Assembly: GCA_964575865.1 (NCBI GenBank)
Contig: CAZNSZ010000010.1
Coordinates: 5,276-69,275, forward strand
Direction: 5' to 3'
DNA: 64,000 bases
Origin: an uncultured Bacteroides sp.
GTDB lineage: Bacteria; Bacteroidota; Bacteroidia; Bacteroidales; GCA-2748055
Shown here: piece after piece, positions 7,968 through 17,771 of the stretch
How the letters are laid out: each line of letters starts with the position of its first letter
How positions within the stretch are numbered: the stretch's first letter is position 1
The notes under the pieces: model-generated
What the model was told of the DNA's origin: nothing
The model's input: the letters and a program-made list of their open reading frames with translations, nothing else
The model's database searches: none
Position numbers and translations under genes: made by a program

Positions 7968-8894
7968 TTAGCTTCCCCCGTCGGGAGGGATTGACCTTTT
8001 CCGGACCTCCACGCCGGCCAGTTTCTCATAATACTGGATCAACCCGCCGTGATCGTCCCCGGCCTTGCCGTCCGATTTCAGCGCCTTCATGAATTCCATT
8101 ACCTGGACAGTCAGCGGAATGGGGGCATCGGTCTCCAGGGCTGTGTCCCGGACGTTGATCAGGTCCTTGGTATGCATCCGGATGGGACCGCCCGGTTTGA
8201 AGTTCCTTTCAAGGATCAACGGCATTTTGGCCTGCAGGACCTGGCTTCCGGCCAGACCGCCCCTGATGGCATGGAATACCTTTTCGGTATCCACCCCCGC
8301 CTTTTCTGCAAAAACCATGGCCTCGGACATGGCTGCCAGGTGGATGGCCACCATGATCTGGTTGGCCAGTTTGGTGATGTTCCCGCTTCCGACAGGTCCC
8401 ATCAGCATGGCCGAGGAGCCCATGACATGGAAAAGGGGCTCGGCCCTGGCAAAGTCTTTTTCATCACCGCCGGCCATGATGGAAAGGGTTCCGTCGATCG
8501 CTTTGGGCTCCCCGCCGCTGACAGGGGCGTCTACCAGATGAACCCCTTTCCCGGCGGCCCTTTCCGCAAGGCGCACCGCTACCATCGGGGCTATGGAGCT
8601 CATGTCAACAATAAGGGTTCCTGCCCCCGCACCCTGCAGGATTCCACTTTTTCCTGCGATCACCTCTTCCACCTGGGGAGAATCAGGCAGCATGGTGAAG
8701 ATGATGCCGCATTGCTGCCCCACGTGAGCCGGCGATTCTGCACGGACGGCACCTGCATCCACAAGCAATTCCACAGGTTCCGGACGAACATCATATACCA
8801 GCAGGGAGTACCCTGCCTTTAACAGGTTGAGGGCCATGGGGCGACCCATGACACCCAGCCCTATAAACCCGATATGCGGACCGGAATCAGCCAT
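7968..8894 (-). CDS. NAD(P)-dependent 3-hydroxyisobutyrate / tartronate-semialdehyde reductase family oxidoreductase
   Basis: N-terminal IGFIGLGVMGRPMALNL dinucleotide fold, plus DAPVSGG and the GSGNITKLANQ catalytic-Lys block. Confidence 0.85.
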   Translation of the reverse strand: MADSGPHIGFIGLGVMGRPMALNLLKAGYSLLVYDVRPEPVELLVDAGAVRAESPAHVGQQCGIIFTMLPDSPQVEEVIAGKSGILQGAGAGTLIVDMSSIAPMVAVRLAERAAGKGVHLVDAPVSGGEPKAIDGTLSIMAGGDEKDFARAEPLFHVMGSSAMLMGPVGSGNITKLANQIMVAIHLAAMSEAMVFAEKAGVDTEKVFHAIRGGLAGSQVLQAKMPLILERNFKPGGPIRMHTKDLINVRDTALETDAPIPLTVQVMEFMKALKSDGKAGDDHGGLIQYYEKLAGVEVRKRSIPPDGGS

Positions 8895-8896
8895 CC

Positions 8897-9511
8897 TTAC
8901 CCTTTCTTCATCTTCATGAGTTCATTGTGGTGGCTGACCACCAGCTTTTCATATTTTTCCCGGGCACCCTTTTTGTACTCCTCGTATTCCTCTTTCAGGG
9001 TTTCCAGCTCCCTGCCGGTCTGGGAGGTCACCACATGCGCCCTTTTGAAAAGCAGGAACATGACGGCACCGAACACCGCCAGCGCCAGTATGACGATCCA
9101 CAGGATGGTGCTGTACACCCCCTTGTTCATCTCCATTCCAAGCAGGGTAAAACTGTCCTTTGTCCGGATGGCCTGATCCCTCTCATTCCTGGCCCGGCCC
9201 AGGTCGGTGTTGAGGGATTCGATCTCGACATTCCGTTCCGTCAGTTCACTGTTCAGGGTAGCAATGTCAAGCTTGGCTGCATTGAGGGAATCGATGCTGT
9301 TCCTCTTTATTTTCTGAAACATATCTTCCCGGATGGCCCTGAAATTTTCATAGATCCGTGTCCGGTTCTGAAGGTAGTCCAGCTGTCCTTCCAGGGTGGC
9401 GGTATCCAGTGGTTCTGCCGTTCCCTGGGCCAGGGCTGCGCCTCCGCCTGCCAGGAGCAGGGCAATGCCAAGCGAAAGAACGGCAATGGTGCGGTGGAAT
9501 CGATGCTTCAT
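8897..9511 (-). CDS. hypothetical coiled-coil protein with signal peptide and C-terminal TM
   Basis: Signal-like N-terminus, a heptad-rich central region, the TM segment ILWIVILALAVFGAVMFLLF and a K/E-rich tail. The stop lies 2 nt before the next gene start. Confidence 0.6.
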   Translation of the reverse strand: MKHRFHRTIAVLSLGIALLLAGGGAALAQGTAEPLDTATLEGQLDYLQNRTRIYENFRAIREDMFQKIKRNSIDSLNAAKLDIATLNSELTERNVEIESLNTDLGRARNERDQAIRTKDSFTLLGMEMNKGVYSTILWIVILALAVFGAVMFLLFKRAHVVTSQTGRELETLKEEYEEYKKGAREKYEKLVVSHHNELMKMKKG

Positions 9512-9582
9512 GTCAGTGATTTTTCAAGATGCTTCAATGATAACGAATTTAGGAAAGAGTTATGATCTGCCATGCCGTTTTT

Positions 9583-10614
9583 TTACATGGGCGTGAAACT
9601 GAAGGCTTCCCTGGGGTTGTCCACAAGCAGCCGGGTCAACTCCTCTTTGCCGAATCCCCTGGCTTCCAGTTCGGGCACCAGGCCGGTGAAGATGCCGGTA
9701 TATCCCCTGAAGCTGCCACCGTGTTCCTCGCCGGGGGAATACCACCCTGCATCGTGGGAAATCAGGACACGGTTCAGGTACCCGGCCTGCCTGATGGACG
9801 CGATGCGGTCGGCATACCAGGAGGGACTGAAGGGCTCCCCTGGATCGGACCGTCGTTCAGCATTCACATTGTCCAGTGAGATCCAGGCACCCATCGCGGC
9901 TGCCTTCAGGTTTCCTTCAAGGGTTCCGTTCTGGGCATGTACCCAGATGAAGCGATCAGGATCGATACCGAAGGTTTTCAGGATCCTGATCTGGGCAAAT
10001 GCAGGGCCGTCCGGCCCGGTATGGGATGCAATCACCAGCCCTGTCTGGTTGTGGGTCATGGCTGCGGCCGACACGATTTTCACATGCAGATCCGACAGGG
10101 TATCCTCCGGGCTCACAGCGATTTTAATAAATCCTGGTCTCACCCCGCTCTCACCGATCCCGTCCCGGAACTCGGCGGTCCACCGTTCCGATAACTCCAT
10201 GGCGCTCATGTGCAGGGCATGATCGGGTATGTAACGGTTGTTGCTGGCGCCATAATATCCCGTATTGGTCATCAGGTGCATTCCCGTCTGTTCCGACAGG
10301 GTGCGAAGCAACAACGGATCCCTTCCCACATAGGCGGGCGTACACTCGATGAAGGTCCGGACTCCCTGTTCCATGGCTTCTTCAAGAAAAGGGATGACAC
10401 GGCTTGCCACTTCATTCCTGTTCCAGCGGTGGTAACCGGTGCTGTCCGCGCCGATAAAATCCACCAGCACATGTTCATGCTCGAGGGTCATTCCCATTTC
10501 AGCCGGGCGGATGGGCCCTCTGACGGTCATGATGATCCGGTCGGGTTCCGGGGTGCACTGGTGGAGAAGCAGCAGACTCCCCATCAATGCCATTATTCCT
10601 GTAAGACGTTTCAT
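9583..10614 (-). CDS. phosphotriesterase-family (PTE/Php-like) metallohydrolase, exported
   Basis: TLEHEHVLVDF metal-binding HxH block and later H and D ligands. The ATG at 10614 gives the lipoprotein-like leader MKRLTGIMALMGSLLLLHQC. The longer track ORF (to 10806) overlaps the neighbouring gene. Confidence 0.8.
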   Translation of the reverse strand: MKRLTGIMALMGSLLLLHQCTPEPDRIIMTVRGPIRPAEMGMTLEHEHVLVDFIGADSTGYHRWNRNEVASRVIPFLEEAMEQGVRTFIECTPAYVGRDPLLLRTLSEQTGMHLMTNTGYYGASNNRYIPDHALHMSAMELSERWTAEFRDGIGESGVRPGFIKIAVSPEDTLSDLHVKIVSAAAMTHNQTGLVIASHTGPDGPAFAQIRILKTFGIDPDRFIWVHAQNGTLEGNLKAAAMGAWISLDNVNAERRSDPGEPFSPSWYADRIASIRQAGYLNRVLISHDAGWYSPGEEHGGSFRGYTGIFTGLVPELEARGFGKEELTRLLVDNPREAFSFTPM

Positions 10615-10619
10615 ACAGG

Positions 10620-10627
10620 CAAAGATA
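10620..10627 (-). promoter_or_regulatory. -7 box TATCTTTG directly upstream of the PTE gene
   Basis: CAAAGATA on the + strand. It lies only 5 nt from the ATG at 10614, which implies a leaderless mRNA or a downstream start. It is part of a 19-20-nt element repeated at 19086-19105. Confidence 0.35.
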
Positions 10628-10652
10628 GTGTTTAGACGGGAATCAGGGGACG

Positions 10653-13067
10653 TTACTCGTATTTGAGTGTGCGTGCCGGATTGGCCCTGGAGGCCCGGTA
10701 GGCATGGATGGAGGTGATCAGCATGGTCACCAGCATGGTCACCACTGCCGACAGCAGGAATACGAACCACTGTACCTCGATGTGCCTGGAAAAGCCCTCC
10801 AGCCACCTGCGTATTCCCAGGTAGGCCAGCGGCCAGCTGATGAGGTTGGCGATCAGGATCAGTTTAAGGAATTCTCCGGACAGCATGGCATTGACCTGGG
10901 AGAAGGAGGCTCCGTGCACCCTCCTGATACTGATCTCTTTTGTTTTCCGTTCCACCATGAAGGAAGTGAGCCCGATCAGTCCGAGTGCCGCGATCAGGAT
11001 GGCCAGGAGGGTCAGGAGGATGGACAATTTGCTGAACTTGCTTTCATCCCTGTAAAGGGCATTCAGTTCGTCCTCCAGAAGCGTGTATTCAAATGGACGG
11101 GTGGGGGCAAACTGTTCCCATACATTGCGGATATGCGGCAAAACCTGGTTGTAGTTTTCCGTTGTCGTGCGGATGGCCACATAGCGTGTCAGGCCGGCTG
11201 CACCACGGGGATTTTCGATCATATCGAGGATGAAGTTGGATACCGGTTTGTGCAGGGACACGGCGTTGAAATCACGGAATACTCCGATCACCCGTTCATC
11301 TCCGTCAGACCGGATCGCCTTTCCGATGGCCTCTTCGTTGGTCCAGCCCAGGTGTTTTGCCATGCTCTCGTTGATCATGATGGCCCCGGAGGTATCGGAT
11401 GGGAAATCCCGCGAGAACGCCCGCCCCTCCACCACTTCGATGCCGAATGTCTCAATGAAGTCATACCTGACCATAAAAGCCGGGTACCAAAATGGCTGGT
11501 CGTCGAACATCCCCTCGATCACGAACTGCCTGGTATTGTGGTTGACACCCAGGACATCCTCCATACCGGTCACTGATTCGATCTGGCTGTGGGTTTTCAA
11601 TTCCTGTGAAAATGGTTCGAACTGGGCCGCCAGGTTGAATTTCACCGGAAGCAGGATGATGTGGTCGCGGGTAAATCCCAGGTCGGCTTTCTGCAGGTAG
11701 TTCAGCTGCGAGTAAGCGGTGATGGTTCCGATGATCAGTGCCACTGAGATCAGAAACTGGCTGATCACAAGCATTTTCCTGATAATTCCTTTCCCTCCGC
11801 GCGAAGAGAGTGTGTCCCTCAGGTGACTGGTACCAAGGCCGGACAGGTAGAATGCAGGGTAGATCCCAGACAGAATCCCCACCCCGGCCCAGAGGAGCAA
11901 TCCGATCCCGATGCTCCAGGGTTGGACGATGATTCCCCGTTGCACCTCCTTCCCGGTGAACTGATTGAATGCGGGAAGCAGGAACTCCACCAGCATCGCG
12001 GCCAGAAGCAGTGCCATCAGGGTAATAAGCAGCGATTCCCCGAGGAACTGGAACACCAGTTCCCTTTTGCGGGCACCGATCACCTTCTTCATCCCGATCT
12101 CTTTTCCCCTTCCTGCCGAACTGGCAGTGGACAGGTTCATGAAGTTGATGGCGGCCAGCAGCAGCACGAACAGCCCGATGGCTGCAAGAATGCGGATGTA
12201 GGTAATGTTCCCGTTGGGGTGCATTTCATAGTCGTGGTGCGATTTCAGGTGGATATCGGTGAGGGATTGCAGGTACAGGGAAATTTGCTGGTCCTGAAAA
12301 TCAGGGTAATGGGAGGTGTAAAAATCGGGCAACCGTGCTTCCAGCTGCTCCGGACGGATCTTTTCGTGCAGCTGGACATAGGTCCAGCAGGGATTCCAGA
12401 TCCACGTCTGTGGCATCTGTCCCCCGTTCAACTGCCGGAAGGTGGACATGGAACCAAGGATATCGATGGTGAAATGGGATTGTGCCGGCAGGTCCTTCAT
12501 CACCCCGGTAACCTCCATTTCCAGTCCCTCCTCGATCCAGAGGATCTTTCCGAGGGCCGGTTCATCTCCGAAATACTTCCTGGCCGTTGAGGCGGAAAGC
12601 ACCAGTGTCCGGGGCCGGTCCAGCGCGGTGGCAGGATCTCCTTCGATCAGCGGGAAATGGAACATATCGAAGACGGTGGAATCGGCCAGGTAAAACCATT
12701 CCTCATTGAACTTCACCACATCACTGCTGTCCCTCCGGTATTCGAAAAGGAACTCGGAAACCTGGAAATCGAAAAAACGGACCACCGAGCGGATCATATC
12801 CGGATAGGCTTCTGCCAGGGCGGGTCCGAAGGGGAAGGAACAGGTGGCGGCATCCTCATTGATGTCGTTGCTGTTGTACAGCCTGTTCATCCGGTAAATC
12901 GATTCATGGTTCTCGTGGAAACGGTCGAAACGGAGTTCGTCGAGGACGAAAATAAGGATGAACAGGAAACTGCTGATGCCGATGGCCAGTCCCAGCAGGT
13001 TGAGCAGGGAATAGTTGAGATACTTCAGCAGGTTTCTGGCGGCAATGGTTACAAAGTGTCGGAGCAT
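10653..13067 (-). CDS. MacB/FtsX-type ABC transporter permease (804 aa, no adjacent ATPase)
   Basis: Duplicated architecture of TM, large periplasmic domain and three TMs (FtsX). This matches the Bacteroidota 800-aa permease family. Confidence 0.85.
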   Translation of the reverse strand: MLRHFVTIAARNLLKYLNYSLLNLLGLAIGISSFLFILIFVLDELRFDRFHENHESIYRMNRLYNSNDINEDAATCSFPFGPALAEAYPDMIRSVVRFFDFQVSEFLFEYRRDSSDVVKFNEEWFYLADSTVFDMFHFPLIEGDPATALDRPRTLVLSASTARKYFGDEPALGKILWIEEGLEMEVTGVMKDLPAQSHFTIDILGSMSTFRQLNGGQMPQTWIWNPCWTYVQLHEKIRPEQLEARLPDFYTSHYPDFQDQQISLYLQSLTDIHLKSHHDYEMHPNGNITYIRILAAIGLFVLLLAAINFMNLSTASSAGRGKEIGMKKVIGARKRELVFQFLGESLLITLMALLLAAMLVEFLLPAFNQFTGKEVQRGIIVQPWSIGIGLLLWAGVGILSGIYPAFYLSGLGTSHLRDTLSSRGGKGIIRKMLVISQFLISVALIIGTITAYSQLNYLQKADLGFTRDHIILLPVKFNLAAQFEPFSQELKTHSQIESVTGMEDVLGVNHNTRQFVIEGMFDDQPFWYPAFMVRYDFIETFGIEVVEGRAFSRDFPSDTSGAIMINESMAKHLGWTNEEAIGKAIRSDGDERVIGVFRDFNAVSLHKPVSNFILDMIENPRGAAGLTRYVAIRTTTENYNQVLPHIRNVWEQFAPTRPFEYTLLEDELNALYRDESKFSKLSILLTLLAILIAALGLIGLTSFMVERKTKEISIRRVHGASFSQVNAMLSGEFLKLILIANLISWPLAYLGIRRWLEGFSRHIEVQWFVFLLSAVVTMLVTMLITSIHAYRASRANPARTLKYE

Positions 13068-13221
13068 GGAGAGGCTGGCTACTGGAATATGGCCAGTAAA
13101 CTACAAAAGTTCGACCAATTCAACAAACCGCCTAAAATTCAGCTATATAAGCAAAACTGAAAGGGCCGGGACCCTGGAAAATGCGTGCTCTATCGAACGT
13201 CAGGTGTACGAAAACGGACAA

Positions 13222-14532
13222 TCACTCCCCTCCGCCTGTGGATCCCATTCCCAGAAAACCTCCCGTGAGGCGGGTCAGCTGGGTCCTGGAATTGACCAGG
13301 TTGTAGACGGCCTGGACCCTGCGCAGTGCGGCATTCAGGTAAAGCAGCTGCACATCCCTGTAATTGAACGAGTTGATGACTCCAGTCCGGTATTTATCCT
13401 CCGAGATGGTCATGTTCAGTTCGGCTGCTGCCAGGTTTTCCTCGGCCACATTCAGCAGGGCGATCCTGACTTCGTAGTAGTCATACAGGTTCAGCATCTC
13501 ATTGGTAAGGGCATGTGCCATCTGGTCGATCTCCACCCGGGCCACCTCTTCGTTGATGCGTGCGATCTCCACCGCCCTTCTCCTTGCTCCTGCGTTGTAG
13601 ATATCGAATGAGAGGCGGATGTTGCCGTAGGGACTGAGGCCCTGGCTGGAGATCCCTGGATTGTCAGGCGACCTTGACCAGTTGTGGCTGTAATCGATCC
13701 CGGCTCCCAGTGAGATACTTGGAAAAAAGTCGGCTTCCCTGAGTGCGGTGGCATTTTGCTCGAGCATCAGGTTGGTATACTGGTTCCTGAGGGCCTGGTT
13801 GTCCGATTTCATCTTGCCCAGCAGGTCCGACAGCACGTAGCGGCTGGTATCCGCTTCGAAGCGTTCGTTGAAGAACCAGGTCTGTTCAGGCTCCACACCC
13901 ATCATGAAATTGAGGTTCCTGACCGAATTGCGCAGGGCCACCTCCTGGCTCATGGTGTTGGCCTTATCGGTAAGGAACACGTTCTGTGCCTGGAGCACAT
14001 CATAGGTCACTGATCCTCCCAGGGCTTTGTGTTTCAGTTCATACTGGTACCGGTCATCCGACAGTTTCATGACGGTATTCAGCACCTCCAGCTGCTCCTG
14101 CTGCAGCAGGACATAATAGTAGCCAAGGATGATATCCTCCACCGTATTTTCCACGTTCACAGCAAGCCTTCCGGAGGTCAGTTCCTCCAGGTTCTCCAGC
14201 CTGTTTTTGGTGAGGTTTACCCTGAAACCGTCAAACAGCAGCCAGTTCATTCCGATGCCGGCAGAAATCCGGTTGGAGGTTGTTTCATTGAGGATCCCGT
14301 AACTGAGGTTGTCGGAGGCCGTGAATCCGATGGTGGGATAACGCCCCGCGTTGCCCCAGTCGTTGTTGATCCGGGCAATGTCCAGGTCCGCCCGCGAAAT
14401 GACGATCCCGTAGTTGTTCTCCAGTGCAAGTTCCAGAGCCCTGGACAGGGAGAGGGTATCCTGGGCGGCCAGTTGCACCGTGCAGGAAATGCCCAGAAGC
14501 AGGATCAATGCGCTTTTCATTTGTCGTCTCAT
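13222..14532 (-). CDS. TolC-family outer membrane efflux protein
   Basis: Signal peptide and two repeats of the TolC coiled-coil/barrel pattern. The start overlaps the RND stop (ATGA). Confidence 0.85.
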   Translation of the reverse strand: MRRQMKSALILLLGISCTVQLAAQDTLSLSRALELALENNYGIVISRADLDIARINNDWGNAGRYPTIGFTASDNLSYGILNETTSNRISAGIGMNWLLFDGFRVNLTKNRLENLEELTSGRLAVNVENTVEDIILGYYYVLLQQEQLEVLNTVMKLSDDRYQYELKHKALGGSVTYDVLQAQNVFLTDKANTMSQEVALRNSVRNLNFMMGVEPEQTWFFNERFEADTSRYVLSDLLGKMKSDNQALRNQYTNLMLEQNATALREADFFPSISLGAGIDYSHNWSRSPDNPGISSQGLSPYGNIRLSFDIYNAGARRRAVEIARINEEVARVEIDQMAHALTNEMLNLYDYYEVRIALLNVAEENLAAAELNMTISEDKYRTGVINSFNYRDVQLLYLNAALRRVQAVYNLVNSRTQLTRLTGGFLGMGSTGGGE

Positions 14533-17500
14533 GTTTCGCCTTCTTCAAGAGTGGGTTTGTACTTGCCCCGGTTCCTTTCGAACCTGATCTCACGCTCATG
14601 GTGGATCACCGCGGTCTCCACCTCCTCGCGTGTAGGTCTCACCCCGGTCCAGAGGAACCGGGCATATACCCTGGCGTCATTCAGCAGCATGATCAGCACC
14701 GGAAAGAAGATCAGGATAAAGATGGTTCCCAGGGCTACCCCGTAGGCAAGGCTGATGGCCATGGGGACAAGGAACTGCGCCTGGACGCTCTTCTGGAAGA
14801 TCATCGGAAACAGCCCGATGGTGGTGGTGAGGGAGGTCAGGATGATTGGCCGCAGTCTCACTTTTCCTGCTTCTTTCACTGCATCGGGCACCTTCCATCC
14901 CTCCACCAGCAGGCCGTCATATTTGGCATAAAATACGATGGCATCGTTGATGATCACCCCGGTCAGTGCCACCGCTCCCCAGAGGCTCATGATGGACAGC
15001 GGCTGACCGTGCATCCCGTGTCCCCAGGCGACACCCAGCAGCGAAACCGGGATCATCAGCAGAATGATCACCGCCTTGGGAAGGCTCTTAAAGTGGATCA
15101 CCAGCAGCATGAGTATGATGGCAAAAGCCAGCCCGTAATATTTGCGGGCCGCACCGAGCGCCTCCTGGCTGTAACGCTGCTGCCCCTGGTATTCATAACG
15201 GATACCGGTGAACTGTGCTTTCAGATCGGGCATGATCTCAGCCTCGATCTGCTGAAGGATCTCAGGTACTGAAGCCAGGGGATCGACTGTTTCGGCCTCC
15301 ACACGGATCTCCCTGGAACCATTGAAACGCCTGATGGCCACCGGTCCCCGCTCCATATGGTAATCGGCCAGTTCCGACAGGGGATATTCACCCTGGCTGG
15401 TCTTGATCTTCATGTTCTCCAGCTGTCCCAGGGTCATCCGGTCCGATTTGGGGTAACGCACCCACACCCTGAGCTCGTCCCTTCCCACCTGCAGCCGCTG
15501 TGCCTGTGCCCCGTAAAAGCCCTGACGGACCTGACCGGCGATGGAGGTCTCGTCCAGACCCAGGAAATAGGCCCTGGGTTTCAGGTCCAGCCGGATCTCC
15601 TGTTTGCCAAGGGCGATGTTCTCATTCACATCCTTCAGCTGGGGCATCTCGTTCAGCCGGGCCAGCATGTATTCCTTGGCCTCTTCCAGCTCTTGCAGGT
15701 TTCGGGACATCAGCCCGATGGAGACCGGGGCCCCCCAGCGGTTAAAGCCACCGACGGTAAACTTGCTGGCCTCCGGTACCCGTCCGATCTTCCGGCTGAC
15801 CCGGGTACTGATCTCCCTGCCCGAAATATCCAATCCCTCCAGGTCGATGGGGTACACATTGATGCTTCCCGCATGGGCGCCCCGCTCCTGCCCGTTGAAT
15901 GCGTTGCCCAGCCTTTTGCTTGTCCGTTCGATGATGTTGTTGTCCAGTCCCATTTCCTCAACCAGTTCATCGTTGACCTCCCAGATCGCTGTTTCGAACC
16001 GGTCCAAAAACTCAAGTGTCTGTCTTTCGCCATCCCCCGGGGTGAAGGCCACATTCAGGGTGAAGTTGTCAAAATCGATGGAGGGGAAAAAGGTGCTGCG
16101 GATCTGGCCGCCCATGAAGAGGCCTGCGGTGATCAGCACCAGGGCGATGGGAAAACTCAGGGCCACGTACCGCCATTTGACCAGCCAGTTCAGAAAATAG
16201 TGGTATACCCGGTCCCGGAGCCATACGATGAACATGTCGAAATACTTTTGAAGACCCCGCTGCTTGCGCTCCAGCCGCTTGCGGTTCAGCACCCAGTCGC
16301 TTCCCAGGTGGGCGGGCAGGATCAGGAACGCTTCAATGAGGGAAAAAGCCAGGGAGGCGATCACCACGATGGCCACATGAAGCATCATCTCCATGCGCGT
16401 CCCCGCCAGGAACAGCAGGGGAGAGAAGGCCACAATGGTGGTGGTCACCGAGGTAAATACTGCAGGAAGCACCTCCATGGTGCCGTCCACCGCCGCATGC
16501 ATCGGTCCCTTGCCCCGTTCGAAATGCAGGAAGATGTTCTCGGCGATCACGATCCCGTCGTCCACCAGGATCCCGATCACCAGGATCATCCCGAAAAGGG
16601 ACTGGAAATTGATGGTCACCCCCAGGAAACTGGCCACCACGAACATCCCCAGGAAACTGATGGGGATCCCGATGGAGACCCAGAGGGAGAGCCTGAAGCT
16701 GAGAAACATGGAGAGGGCAACGATCACCAGGAAGAAGCCAAGCAGCCCGTTGCGCCTCAGCAGGTCGAGGCGGCTCTTGAGAAAATCGAGGAAGTTCCTG
16801 GCCACGATGAGCTCCACCCCCTGGTTCCGGGCATTGAACTCCCCGATGTACTCCATAATGTAATCGTTGATCTCATCCAGGTCCTCCTCAGGAAGTTTCT
16901 GCACGTTGATGGACACCGATGGTTTGCCGTTGGTCCACTGCCGGTCGGGGGAATCGGCGAATTTGACCTTCACTTCGGCCACATCGCGGATACGGATATA
17001 CCCTCCGTCCTCAAGGCCCCTGAGGATGATGTTCCCGATCTTGTCGGGATCGGCGCTCCTTGAGCGAAGCCGGATCAGGAACTCCTCATCTTCCGATTTG
17101 ATCTCCCCGCCCGACACATCCTGGTTGTTGCTCTGTATGGCGCGGACGATTTCGCTGAAGGTGAGGTTGTAGCGAAGCAGTTCCCGCTCTTCGATCTCCA
17201 CGGAAATCTCCGGGGTGGGATACCCGGAGATGGAGATCTGGCTCATGACCCCCGAATTGAAGAAATCCTCCTCGATCCGCTGGGCATGTTCCTTCAGGGT
17301 CATCAGGTCCATCTCCTCGTCCTCCACCGGGACCAGTTCCAGCATCATGGCACCGGCCCTGGAACGCTGTTTGGAGACGATGGGCCTCTCCGCCGCGGAA
17401 GGAAGCGACGAAACCCCGTCCACCGCATTCTTGACTTCCTGGAGGATTTCGTTAATGGGGTATTCCCCGGTGGTTTCCAGGGTGATCATGGCCATGTTCT

Positions 17501-17759
17501 CCACCGAGGTGGAAGTGATCTCCTTGATCCCGATCAGTCCCCGGACCGCTTCTTCGATGCGGGAGGTGACCCCTTCTTCCATTTCCACGGGAGAGGCCCC
17601 CGGATAGAATACGGAGATGGAGAGGAAGCGGCTCTCCGTTTCGGGAAAGAAGGCCTTCTTCAGGGACATGTAACTGAGAACCCCTGCAATGATGGTGACC
17701 GCAATAATGATGTTGGCGTAGACCGGGTACTCGACAAATTTCTCGACTATCTTTCTCAT
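14529..17759 (-). CDS. RND efflux pump inner-membrane permease (AcrB family)
   Basis: 1076 aa with a 12-TM, two-large-loop organisation. Conserved AcrB-like blocks include GILVDDGIVIAENI and GVIINDAIV. Confidence 0.9.
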   Translation of the reverse strand: MRKIVEKFVEYPVYANIIIAVTIIAGVLSYMSLKKAFFPETESRFLSISVFYPGASPVEMEEGVTSRIEEAVRGLIGIKEITSTSVENMAMITLETTGEYPINEILQEVKNAVDGVSSLPSAAERPIVSKQRSRAGAMMLELVPVEDEEMDLMTLKEHAQRIEEDFFNSGVMSQISISGYPTPEISVEIEERELLRYNLTFSEIVRAIQSNNQDVSGGEIKSEDEEFLIRLRSRSADPDKIGNIILRGLEDGGYIRIRDVAEVKVKFADSPDRQWTNGKPSVSINVQKLPEEDLDEINDYIMEYIGEFNARNQGVELIVARNFLDFLKSRLDLLRRNGLLGFFLVIVALSMFLSFRLSLWVSIGIPISFLGMFVVASFLGVTINFQSLFGMILVIGILVDDGIVIAENIFLHFERGKGPMHAAVDGTMEVLPAVFTSVTTTIVAFSPLLFLAGTRMEMMLHVAIVVIASLAFSLIEAFLILPAHLGSDWVLNRKRLERKQRGLQKYFDMFIVWLRDRVYHYFLNWLVKWRYVALSFPIALVLITAGLFMGGQIRSTFFPSIDFDNFTLNVAFTPGDGERQTLEFLDRFETAIWEVNDELVEEMGLDNNIIERTSKRLGNAFNGQERGAHAGSINVYPIDLEGLDISGREISTRVSRKIGRVPEASKFTVGGFNRWGAPVSIGLMSRNLQELEEAKEYMLARLNEMPQLKDVNENIALGKQEIRLDLKPRAYFLGLDETSIAGQVRQGFYGAQAQRLQVGRDELRVWVRYPKSDRMTLGQLENMKIKTSQGEYPLSELADYHMERGPVAIRRFNGSREIRVEAETVDPLASVPEILQQIEAEIMPDLKAQFTGIRYEYQGQQRYSQEALGAARKYYGLAFAIILMLLVIHFKSLPKAVIILLMIPVSLLGVAWGHGMHGQPLSIMSLWGAVALTGVIINDAIVFYAKYDGLLVEGWKVPDAVKEAGKVRLRPIILTSLTTTIGLFPMIFQKSVQAQFLVPMAISLAYGVALGTIFILIFFPVLIMLLNDARVYARFLWTGVRPTREEVETAVIHHEREIRFERNRGKYKPTLEEGET

Positions 17760-17771
17760 CCCCAGGTCAGT

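Noticed and set aside
10615-10806. N-terminal extension of the phosphotriesterase ORF (the track gives 9583-10806).
   Set aside because: The extension overlaps the 3' end of the permease gene and encodes H/G-rich junk. The ATG at 10614 gives a proper lipoprotein-type signal peptide.
15357-17063. 568-aa ORF antisense to the RND pump gene. Similar long antisense ORFs lie at 17286-18494 and 14424-15272.
   Set aside because: It lies entirely inside a motif-rich AcrB-family gene on the other strand. Its H/G/P/D/Q-rich composition has no recognisable domain. This is the usual open-antisense-frame artefact of GC-rich coding DNA.
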